A stretch of 64,000 bases of DNA, taken from positions 18,241-82,240 of the forward strand of contig JBGSMV010000043.1 in NCBI GenBank assembly GCA_041739995.1. The letters run 5' to 3'. A program made the position numbers and the translations under genes. Positions 1 through 7,936 of the stretch are shown here, piece by piece. Each line of letters opens with the position of its first letter. Within the stretch, counting starts at the first letter, position 1. Source of the stretch: Bdellovibrionota bacterium (lineage in GTDB: Bacteria > Bdellovibrionota_C > UBA2361 > JBGSMV01). The notes below the pieces were generated by a model. That model ran no database searches and was not told where the DNA came from. It worked only from the letters and a program-made list of their open reading frames with translations.

Positions 1-2019
1 CGCGCCGATCAGAGTCTCTCGACCGCGAACACCCCGATTAGCCCCATCATTCATTGGGCATATCCAGAACGCATCCCAGTTGGACCACTTCTTAACTATG
101 GCTACAGTGGAGAATCCCTCTTCATCGCAGAATTTCCGAGCACCACACTGAGCGTCGCCCAGGCAGAGTCGTCCACGAGCCTAGAGGTTTTTGTCGATGT
201 CGAATGGCTGGTGTGCATGGAGGAATGCATCCCTGGAAATGCAGTGTTGCAAACAACTCTACCGATTAGTTCCTCCAAGCCCGAAGTAAATCAGCAATGG
301 AAAGACCTTTTCGCGCACACACGATCACGCTGGCCGGTCCAAGCTTCTGAAATCTCAGTCTCCGGGCACTTCGATAACAATGAATATATAGTTAGTGTCG
401 AACTTCCTAAATTTGCGCTTGACGCTGGAAAAGCGCCCCCACTTCCTTCCGCCCACAACGAACTAGAATTAACTTTCATTCCCGACGTCGGCGACATCAT
501 CGAAAACGCCTCGCCGCAAAAGCTTCATTTCGATGGTAAGTTGCATTCGCTCACTCTGACCAGAAATATCATCAGCGATGCTCCGTCTGAGCAATTATCT
601 GGGCTTCTGATTTCCAATCGAGGCTGGACCACCCCAGGGCTGCCGCAAGCGCTTGAAGTGAGCTTTCCGGTATCAGGGGTTGAAGCGACACCTAAGAAGC
701 AAAGCAACAATACGTTTCAAGGGATACAGCGAGCACCATCTGAAACTTCGGACCAAGTCAGCTTTCCCATGGCGCTGGTCCTTGCTTTTCTCGGTGGTTT
801 GATTTTGAACATCATGCCCTGTGTTTTTCCTGTGCTCTCATTAAAGTTGTTGAGCTTCGCAGAAGAGGCGGGGCGAACCACCCGACATACTCTGACGCAG
901 GGATTTCTTTTTAGCGCTGGAGTAATAGGCACGTTCCTGCTGCTCGCAGCTACACTCATCCTCCTACGTAACGCCGGTCATAGCCTAGGCTGGGGCTTTC
1001 AACTGCAATCCCCAGTTTTTGTTCTCGCACTGAGCTTCCTGATGACCGCACTTGCACTCAACCTACTAGGAGTGTTTGAAATGGGAGCATCTGTTCAGCG
1101 AGCATTTGGGACCGTGAAAACAGGGGAAGGCACTGCGGGTTCAATTGGAAGCGGCGCACTCGCAGTAGTACTCGCAACTCCATGCACCGCCCCGTTTATG
1201 GGATCGGCGCTTGCTTATGCCCTGACAGTCCCCGCGCTGTCGGGCCTGACGGTATTCGCCGCTCTGGGTGTGGGCATGGCTTTGCCGTATTTCTTGCTTT
1301 GCACAGTGCCGGGATTTCTGAAAATTCTTCCACGCCCCGGCGCTTGGATGCTCACATTCAAGCAGCTCATGGCTTTCCCGCTGTTTGCTACCGTTATTTG
1401 GCTGCTGTGGGTACTTGGAGTGCAGGCTGGACCAGACGCTATTGTCGGCGCGTTGATCGGCCTTTTAGGCCTAGGGCTTGGACTTTGGTGCTTGGGCATC
1501 TGGGCTGCGCCCCATCGTCGATATCGCACTAGGATGTTCGGCAGATTGGCTTGCGCCGCCTGCGCATTGGTTGGCGGTTGGCTTTCATACTCTACGCTGA
1601 TGGAGTCACGTCCAGTTCAATCAACAACTTCTGGAGTCTACACCGACACATATGGGCAACAGTGGGAAGATTTCTCGGAAAAGCACCTGAGCGAATTACT
1701 CGCGAGCAAGCGCGTGGTCTATCTAGATTTCACCGCCGCTTGGTGCATCACCTGTCAGGTGAATAAAAAACTGGTGTTCTCATCGTCTGAAGTTAGAGAC
1801 TTCATATCATCCAATAACATTGCCCTCATACGTGCCGATTGGACTAACCAGGACCCTAGTATCACCGAAGCCTTAGCCAAGTTCGGGCGACAAGGAGTGC
1901 CCTTAAATGTCGTGTTTCCCCACTCGCAGGACTCGTCTCCCGATAATAACTTTACGCTGCTTCCCGCAGTACTCACTCCGAACATTGTGCTTGAAGCGCT
2001 TCGTCAAGCAGTAAAATAA
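1..2019 (+). CDS. dsbD: Thiol:disulfide interchange protein DsbD-like (5' end cut by window edge)
   Basis: Frame 1 is open from base 1, with no stop before the listed ATG at 211. It reads ...VDVEWLVCMEECIPG, a DsbD N-terminal-domain-like Cys pair. The central multi-TM core has NIMPCVFPVL and ATPCTAPFMG. The C-terminal thioredoxin fold has WCITCQ (CXXC). Confidence 0.85.
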   Translation, partial: RADQSLSTANTPISPIIHWAYPERIPVGPLLNYGYSGESLFIAEFPSTTLSVAQAESSTSLEVFVDVEWLVCMEECIPGNAVLQTTLPISSSKPEVNQQWKDLFAHTRSRWPVQASEISVSGHFDNNEYIVSVELPKFALDAGKAPPLPSAHNELELTFIPDVGDIIENASPQKLHFDGKLHSLTLTRNIISDAPSEQLSGLLISNRGWTTPGLPQALEVSFPVSGVEATPKKQSNNTFQGIQRAPSETSDQVSFPMALVLAFLGGLILNIMPCVFPVLSLKLLSFAEEAGRTTRHTLTQGFLFSAGVIGTFLLLAATLILLRNAGHSLGWGFQLQSPVFVLALSFLMTALALNLLGVFEMGASVQRAFGTVKTGEGTAGSIGSGALAVVLATPCTAPFMGSALAYALTVPALSGLTVFAALGVGMALPYFLLCTVPGFLKILPRPGAWMLTFKQLMAFPLFATVIWLLWVLGVQAGPDAIVGALIGLLGLGLGLWCLGIWAAPHRRYRTRMFGRLACAACALVGGWLSYSTLMESRPVQSTTSGVYTDTYGQQWEDFSEKHLSELLASKRVVYLDFTAAWCITCQVNKKLVFSSSEVRDFISSNNIALIRADWTNQDPSITEALAKFGRQGVPLNVVFPHSQDSSPDNNFTLLPAVLTPNIVLEALRQAVK

Positions 2020-2105
2020 CCTATGTTCGATTCTGACACGCGCTTCACTTGTGGCCTAAGGCCATCCGCACTAGTCTTCCCACTCACATAGAAGGAGCTC
2101 ATGCT

Positions 2106-2798
2106 ATGAACTACGTACTCTGTAACCGCGCACTAACCAGCAACCGCGCACTAACCAGCTTGTCGAAAAGATTTTCCAAAATTGCACAGCAAGGCCTGAT
2201 CTTCGCAGCCTTCGCGCTGATGGCACTTATACCACTGAGTGTCGCCCTCGCTGACGTAACGATTGGCAAAGCAGCACCAGCATTTTCGCTTCAAGGCGCG
2301 GATGGAAGTACTTACTCGCTAGAACAGCAGCATGGAAAGTATGTGGTGCTCGAATGGCTCAATTACGAATGTCCGTACGTTCGGAAGCACTACGAGAGCA
2401 AAAACATGCAGTCCCTGCAGAAAAAGTACGCAGATAAGGGCGTCATGTGGTTTGCGGTTAACTCTTCCGCTGAGGGCAAACAGGGGCATTTAACTCCCGA
2501 AGAAGCGCTAAAACTCGCCGAAGAAAAGGGCTCAGCCACCGTCACCACGTTGCTTGATAGCTCTGGCGCACTTGGGAGACTTTACGGCGCTCGCACCACC
2601 CCACACATGTTTGTGATTAATCCCGAAGGGATAATTATTTACGCAGGGGCGATTGATGACAACGATTCAACACGTCTGTCTTCGGTGGAGGGGGCGAAGA
2701 ACTATGTCGCCGCCGCTCTCGACGAAGCCATGGCAGGATCAAAAGTATCGACTGCCTCATCTCAGCCTTACGGTTGCTCAGTTAAATATGCAGCCTAA
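2106..2798 (+). CDS. Secreted thioredoxin-fold redoxin (AhpC/TSA-like family)
   Basis: ORF 2049..2798. The likely start is ATG 2106, 8 nt after GAAGGAG (2091-2097). A hydrophobic signal-like segment LIFAAFALMALIPLSVALA is present. Thioredoxin-fold-like stretches are VVLEWLNYECPYVRKHY and TTPHMFVINPEG. The gene lies immediately downstream of dsbD. Confidence 0.7.
   Translation: MNYVLCNRALTSNRALTSLSKRFSKIAQQGLIFAAFALMALIPLSVALADVTIGKAAPAFSLQGADGSTYSLEQQHGKYVVLEWLNYECPYVRKHYESKNMQSLQKKYADKGVMWFAVNSSAEGKQGHLTPEEALKLAEEKGSATVTTLLDSSGALGRLYGARTTPHMFVINPEGIIIYAGAIDDNDSTRLSSVEGAKNYVAAALDEAMAGSKVSTASSQPYGCSVKYAA
2124..2159. repeat. Perfect 18-bp tandem duplication (AACCGCGCACTAACCAGC x2) inside the redoxin gene
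   Basis: Read directly: 2124-2141 is identical to 2142-2159. It is in frame and encodes NRALTS-NRALTS ahead of the hydrophobic signal core. Confidence 0.95.
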
Positions 2799-2845
2799 CG
2801 TCTGACTAAATATGCAGCCTAACGTCTGACTAAATACGCAGCCTG
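2783..2845. repeat. 24-bp tandem repeat x2.6 spanning the redoxin stop codon
   Basis: TAAATATGCAGCCTAACGTCTGAC at 2783-2806 and 2807-2830 are identical. A partial third copy at 2831-2845 has one T>C change. The period is a multiple of 3, so each copy ends with an in-frame stop (TAA 2796, TAA 2820, TGA 2844). Confidence 0.9.
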
Positions 2846-2990
2846 AAGACCGGCGAGTCAAATTAGGGAATCAGGAGTAGCTTTGCTTTCCGTCAGCTCA
2901 CGGAAGGGGTCGTGCACGCCTGGAATCCGAAGCTCTTCAAAGACTTCTTCACTAATTTCGAAGCGAAATTTGATGGGAAAGCATTCCGAG

Positions 2991-3500
2991 CTAGTCCGAA
3001 TCCGATCGCCGGAGCCTCTGATTGACTCCTTTTTTGAAGGAACGGAACATATTTTCGAGCCGCTCTGTTACTGAAAGAACCAAGAGAACGACCACCGTCA
3101 AAACAACTGCGCCGAAGTGATGATCAAAGCCGATCATAGCTCCGATCGCTGCAAGCACCCAAACAATCGTCGCTGAGGTGATACCAGTAATCCGGCCACC
3201 GTCGCGCGCCATCATCAAACCGGCACCGAGGAATCCAATGCCGGTAATCACTTGTCCCAGCACTCGGGAACTATCCGTACCCACGCCTTCTGTCTCGGCG
3301 CCTAGTCGAATAAAGGTACAAGTCCCGAGGCACACCAAGGTGAGCGTTCTCGCCCCAGCAGGTTTCCCACGTACTTGTCTCTCTATCCCGATCAGCGCGC
3401 CGCATACTAGAGCGGTGAGGATATCAGACCACAAGACAGGGTGTGGGAGCGGGCCAAGAAACGCTAGTAACTGATTAAGATTGGCTACGAGCATAATCAT
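2991..3500 (-). CDS. mgtC: MgtC/SapB family membrane protein
   Basis: 169 aa. The N-terminal TM region carries the family-typical ALIGIERQVRGKPAGARTLTLVCLG motif. The protein has several TM helices and a short soluble tail. Confidence 0.8.
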   Translation of the reverse strand: MIMLVANLNQLLAFLGPLPHPVLWSDILTALVCGALIGIERQVRGKPAGARTLTLVCLGTCTFIRLGAETEGVGTDSSRVLGQVITGIGFLGAGLMMARDGGRITGITSATIVWVLAAIGAMIGFDHHFGAVVLTVVVLLVLSVTERLENMFRSFKKGVNQRLRRSDSD

Positions 3501-3563
3501 GTTCTTAGTAACGGCAGCCTTTCCCGTCGAGTCTATTTAGCTGCGCAAACCGTGAGAGTTACT

Positions 3564-3603
3564 CACCCCTCAGGGGTGGATTTGCTCGCGCAAATCCGGG
3601 GTG
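3564..3603 (-). promoter_or_regulatory. Structured leader upstream of mgtC with mutually exclusive hairpins
   Basis: On the minus-strand RNA the order is CACCCC, then GGATTTGC-GCGA-GCAAATCC (8-bp stem, GNRA loop), then CACCCC-TGA-GGGGTG. The single GGGGTG can pair with either CACCCC copy. The element sits about 60-100 nt upstream of the mgtC ATG. Confidence 0.35.
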
Positions 3604-3621
3604 AAAATACTATCCGTTCAC

Positions 3622-3649
3622 AAAAATCGCCGGCCCCGTTCAGGGGCCG
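3622..3649 (-). terminator. Rho-independent terminator (minus strand)
   Basis: On the minus strand, CGGCCCC-TGAAC-GGGGCCG (7-bp GC stem) is followed by GCGATTTTTGTG. On the plus strand the A-tract is at 3622-3626 and the stem-loop at 3631-3649. Confidence 0.6.
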
Positions 3650-3975
3650 CCCGTAAGAACCCCCGAAAACAAAAAAATCTTGCCATCGAAACATGCGGGA
3701 ATTCAACCGAATTTTAGCCCCGTGAATGAATACTAGTATCGAAAACCACGAAGATGCACCAGGAGCTGTTTTGATGCGAAGATTTGAGACCAATAGCACT
3801 GCAGGAGCACACCGCGTCACGACCTAACCCAGCGGCGACCACCGCGGATTCTGGAGCTTGATATGCCTGCATTTACCTTCAAAAAAGGGAGCGAGTCGCA
3901 CGGGCTATGGCGAGAGGAGTTTCAGTACCAGCCCACCAGGCCCAATGGAGGAAAGGCCTTTGCTTTTTACCCTGT

Positions 3976-4752
3976 TTAGCCCGCAGCGTTCATCTTATCG
4001 AGCATGCAGCCCCAAGCGGCCTTTCCGAGACAATGGTCATCGAGTACTAAATGATTCGGGGCAAGAAAATCAGTGGCGACCGACTGAATCGCATGCATTT
4101 GCACATTTTTAAAGTCTCTCTGTGAAGTCCAAGACTCGAGAGAGCTCCATTTCATGAATTCGTCCGACTTGCTGATGAAGATCTTAAGATTCAGGTGCCT
4201 AAGCGCTCCCTCTGAGCAATCCTGCTGCACCTCGCGATGCAAGTCGAATAACGCTCGATACCAAGGAGACCGAATTCCGGCCCTGGCCCTATAGCGCTTC
4301 GGCACCCCGCTTCGAAGCGGAAACCAAGTGGGCACTATGCGTGAAAGCAGCCCCCCACAACCAACCCAACTACGAAACCCAATGGCCGGGGCCAGCAACA
4401 ACAGTCGGTCAACTCTAAGTCGTGCTCTCTCTTGAAGAACCGCTACGGAGACTAGTCCACCAAGTGAGTAACCCAAAGCCCAAACCGGCTCAGGAAAGCT
4501 TTCGGCAAAGTCGAGCGCCTCTCTTAGATCTTGCTTCCAACGGGTCGCGCTGACGAGGCTTCCTTCCTCGATGCCAGGCCTATGTCCGGTCAAAGCGACA
4601 ATCAGAACTCTCTTACCCCTCGCTACAAACTCTGCTGCCAGCGGCTCCATTGCGCTTGGCGCAATATTAAGACCGTGCACGAGGACAACAGTGCCAGTGC
4701 AGGGCGTCTGAGGACCGCACTCGGTCTGTGAAATTACACACTCCGGAGTCAT
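3976..4752 (-). CDS. Alpha/beta-fold hydrolase
   Basis: 258 aa. It has VVLVHGLN (oxyanion-region HG) and the nucleophile elbow GYSLGG (GxSxG). The start ATG overlaps the lpxK stop (ATGA, 4749-4752). Confidence 0.75.
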   Translation of the reverse strand: MTPECVISQTECGPQTPCTGTVVLVHGLNIAPSAMEPLAAEFVARGKRVLIVALTGHRPGIEEGSLVSATRWKQDLREALDFAESFPEPVWALGYSLGGLVSVAVLQERARLRVDRLLLLAPAIGFRSWVGCGGLLSRIVPTWFPLRSGVPKRYRARAGIRSPWYRALFDLHREVQQDCSEGALRHLNLKIFISKSDEFMKWSSLESWTSQRDFKNVQMHAIQSVATDFLAPNHLVLDDHCLGKAAWGCMLDKMNAAG

Positions 4753-5837
4753 GAAGGTACCGTGGGTGTTTCGACCCGAGTAGCTTCCGCTTGTAGGCGG
4801 CGCATAGATTGCTCTCGCGGCACCGCGTTCATTTTTCTCTCTATACTGGCCACGATCATGCGGAAAAAGCTGTCAGAGGACTGCACATTCAAATGCGTGC
4901 GTAGAACATGTATTTTTGCTTTGTCCAAAGAGTGTAGCTTGGTGGCGTCTTTCTCCGTACATACGAGCGGCAACTCTGGGTGCACCGCTCTGACTTGTTC
5001 TAAATCTGCACGAGAAAACACGTGGTGATCAGGGAAGGCACAGCGACCCGCCACTCGTATGGCCATTGACTCAAGAGTTCGAAAAAATCCTTCTGGCTGA
5101 GCGATCCCGGAAAACGCAACTACTTCAGAAAGATTCGCCGCCGCACCGCTCTCTAACGAGAAAATTCCATCGACCTCTAAGCCAGCCTGAAAGGAAGGAA
5201 GTCCAGCGGGAAGCAGCGCTTCAGCGCGCAAGACGCTCTGCTCGTCCGAAGAAACCGAAGACCGATTTACCCATACCACTGCCCCTGCCCTTGAAAGTGC
5301 CCTGTCTCGCGACTCTCTGAATCTCCCCATCGGAAGCAGTTCACCTTGGACGAATTTCTCCAACTCCGCCCCGCTACCACTACTTACGCAGAGCAGGTCA
5401 AGATCGCGCCTAAGCCAACGGTGCTGAAAACCATCATCAAGCAACGCCACGTTGCCCAGGTTCTGTGCGAGTGCATACTCCACACCTGCCGCACGCGCAC
5501 GCGAGATCACCACTGGGCAGCCGGTCTTCTCCAAAAGGAGCAGTGGCTCATCCCCCACTTCGCTAGGGGAGTTGTTCCCTACTACTTGAACCGGACCTCG
5601 CAATGAGCCGCCGTACCCGCGCGTAACGATGAACGGACGATATCCAAGCTCTCGAAGCTTGCACGCGATCATTACTGTAAGTGGCGTCTTTCCATTTCCA
5701 CCAACGGTCAGGTTCCCGATACTGATGACCGGGCAATCCACGCTCACCGCCTTCAATACTTTGATATCAAACAGCCAATTTCGCGCTGCGGTCACAGCAC
5801 CCATCAGAAGTGCAAGTGGAAAGAGTACTAGGCGCAT
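4749..5837 (-). CDS. lpxK: Tetraacyldisaccharide 4'-kinase
   Basis: 362 aa. The N-terminal TM helix is followed by the LpxK P-loop region ISIGNLTVGGNGKTPLTVMIA. It sits directly downstream of waaA in a lipid A operon. Confidence 0.9.
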   Translation of the reverse strand: MRLVLFPLALLMGAVTAARNWLFDIKVLKAVSVDCPVISIGNLTVGGNGKTPLTVMIACKLRELGYRPFIVTRGYGGSLRGPVQVVGNNSPSEVGDEPLLLLEKTGCPVVISRARAAGVEYALAQNLGNVALLDDGFQHRWLRRDLDLLCVSSGSGAELEKFVQGELLPMGRFRESRDRALSRAGAVVWVNRSSVSSDEQSVLRAEALLPAGLPSFQAGLEVDGIFSLESGAAANLSEVVAFSGIAQPEGFFRTLESMAIRVAGRCAFPDHHVFSRADLEQVRAVHPELPLVCTEKDATKLHSLDKAKIHVLRTHLNVQSSDSFFRMIVASIERKMNAVPREQSMRRLQAEATRVETPTVPS

Positions 5838-7144
5838 GCGTTTGTAATGACTCCATGGCTCTCAAGGGCTTGCATAGTGCGGGCAAGCGCTCCGCTTTGC
5901 GATTCCCAGGCAGCTCGTCCCCGAGCTCCAATGTCAGTAAGGGTCTGCCCGTTAATCATCTTCTCAGGATGAACCACAGCTTCAAGCACCGCAGCAAGGT
6001 CGCTGCTACCGCGAAGCTCAGTCACGCCATTATGCTCCTTTAATAGTACAACGGCATCAGCGGCGTTTCGGTAGTAGGGCCCGAGACAAATGGCGGCGCC
6101 ATAAGGAGCAGGCTCCAGGGGGTTATGCCCTCCAAAATCCCGAAGTGTTCCTCCGATAAAGCAGAGCGAAGCAACCGAATAAATGTCGGCGAGTTCGCCC
6201 ATCGCATCTAAGAGCACGACTGCGGGAGCGCTTCCTCGATGTTCTTCTACTGTCTTGTCCTTCGCTCGAGTAGACCAGCGTCTAAATGAAAGTTTGTGGT
6301 CCTGCAAACTCCGCGCAAAATACTCGAACTTCTCCTCGTGACGAGGGGCAACTACGAACCCAACTCTTCCCGGGTACTGCGCTACGCACCGGGCCATCTC
6401 AGGAAACCACTCTTCCTCCTCTCCACAACGCAAACTTCCGAGCACCACAATCGGACGATTATCAGGAAACAACTCGGCGCGCCGCTGCGCTCGTTGCGCG
6501 TCGCTAAGTAAGCTCCCGCCAGAGTCGTACTTGGTATTCCCGGTCGTCACTGCACGCTCTGGCCTCACCCCTAGGCCTAACAGTCTCTCGCGCGCCTCCT
6601 CGGACTGGATGCACACCACTTCAAGCTGCTTAAGCCCCTCTCTAACAATATCCCCAAGGATCGTGTATCTGCGTGCGGAACGCGCGGACATCCGCCCGTT
6701 AACCAATCCCATAGGCACCGCGCGGCGATGCAAGCAGGAAATGAGTTCCGGCCACAGCTCGGTCTCACTAAAGACAAAACCCACCGGGGTTCGATTTCCA
6801 ATTGCCTTCGAGATCCAATAGGAATGATCAAAGGGAAGCAATCTTAAGTGTAGCCAAGCTTTATCGTCTAAGCGCGTCGAAGCTTGCTCAAGTCCTGTAA
6901 TAGAAACGGCCGTCACCAAGATCTCCATCTCAGGGCAGCGCTCTCGCAACGCGAGAATCAGAGGAACTATCCCATTAATCTCTCCGACCGAAGCGCCGTG
7001 AAACCAAAAAAAGCGTTTTGGAAGTTCGCCCCAAAAGCCACACCGCTCCATGAATCTCGATCTACCGCGACGCGATAGTAGAAAAGCTGGAAGCGCGGCG
7101 AACGGCGTCAAAAGCATGACTAAGCGATAAAGAAATCGAATCAA
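5828..7144 (-). CDS. waaA: 3-deoxy-D-manno-octulosonic acid (Kdo) transferase
   Basis: 438 aa. It has the characteristic FWFHGASVGE motif and a GT-B type C-terminal half. It overlaps the lpxK start by 10 nt and the upstream gene by 4 nt. Confidence 0.9.
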   Translation of the reverse strand: MIRFLYRLVMLLTPFAALPAFLLSRRGRSRFMERCGFWGELPKRFFWFHGASVGEINGIVPLILALRERCPEMEILVTAVSITGLEQASTRLDDKAWLHLRLLPFDHSYWISKAIGNRTPVGFVFSETELWPELISCLHRRAVPMGLVNGRMSARSARRYTILGDIVREGLKQLEVVCIQSEEARERLLGLGVRPERAVTTGNTKYDSGGSLLSDAQRAQRRAELFPDNRPIVVLGSLRCGEEEEWFPEMARCVAQYPGRVGFVVAPRHEEKFEYFARSLQDHKLSFRRWSTRAKDKTVEEHRGSAPAVVLLDAMGELADIYSVASLCFIGGTLRDFGGHNPLEPAPYGAAICLGPYYRNAADAVVLLKEHNGVTELRGSSDLAAVLEAVVHPEKMINGQTLTDIGARGRAAWESQSGALARTMQALESHGVITNACA

Positions 7145-7875
7145 TGTGATGCTCCCCCCACATTCCCCAGCCCGGCGTGTCCGTTTGAACGAGACTCTCT
7201 CACCGCAGACTTCGCGAGAGTATGGTGCAGGCCACCAAGAGCATTGAGGGCACTCTCAACCTCAAGTCGCTTGGCCTCCATCTCATCCTCATCAGCATCA
7301 CGACTCACCACAATCGGGGCACCATAGGTCGCATAAGCTTTAGCAAATGGTTTCGGAAGTTCCATCCGATCCCAACTCCCAAACACCCATTTGTGACTAA
7401 AGCGACACGATATCGGAATAATGGGAACTCCGGATAGTCGGGCCAATACAATCACACCCTTTTTGCATATTTGCCTCGGACCCTTTGGCCCGTCCGGAGT
7501 AAGCGCTATGTGCTTTCCTGATTTAAGCACTCGTAACAATCCTCTGGTCGCTTCGCTTCCTCCCCGAGTGGAAGACCCAGCCACCGAATCCATACCGATT
7601 CGATCAATCACATCTGCAATGAGTCGTCCATCGCTGTGTTGACTAATCAGAACCGCGAAGCTTCTTGGTGGCGCTCCAGTACGCATCACCGAGAAGGTCA
7701 TGAGCAGTTGCTCAGCATGCCAAAAGGCAATGATGTGCGGAGTCTTGAGATCGCGGAAAAAATTCTTGGCATCACCATCCGCCGATTGGAACTCCCATCG
7801 CAATGTAGCGGACAAACCACGAAGAAACATCGCTGCCGTCCAGATCAAAGTGCGCTCAAAAAAGGTGCGAAGCAT
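7141..7875 (-). CDS. DUF374-type lysophospholipid acyltransferase-like protein
   Basis: The ORF runs 7141..7995. The internal ATG at 7875 (MLRTFFERT...) avoids a 59-nt overlap with msbA and gives a typical length of about 244 aa. Motifs are LISQHSDGRLIADVIDRIG...GSSTRGG and ALTPDGPKGP. Placement upstream of waaA is classical for this family. Confidence 0.7.
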   Translation of the reverse strand: MLRTFFERTLIWTAAMFLRGLSATLRWEFQSADGDAKNFFRDLKTPHIIAFWHAEQLLMTFSVMRTGAPPRSFAVLISQHSDGRLIADVIDRIGMDSVAGSSTRGGSEATRGLLRVLKSGKHIALTPDGPKGPRQICKKGVIVLARLSGVPIIPISCRFSHKWVFGSWDRMELPKPFAKAYATYGAPIVVSRDADEDEMEAKRLEVESALNALGGLHHTLAKSAVRESRSNGHAGLGNVGGASH

Positions 7876-7936
7876 TACTCGGGTCCTAATTACGTGTTTG
7901 ATTCCCCATGCGCATGCCTCGGCTCCTAAACGTTCC

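Noticed and set aside
3650-3975. A possible tmRNA, RNase P RNA or M-box riboswitch in the mgtC/hydrolase spacer. The cues were GGTTGAATTCCCGC, GGAGGAAAGGCC and a GGTGAG-containing stretch.
   Set aside because: No tag-peptide reading frame ending in ...AA-stop is present. No GAGGAAAGUCCGGGC-type P4 sequence is present. There is no terminal CCA context, and I could not align the M-box conserved blocks by eye. The region is kept only as an unexplained non-coding stretch.
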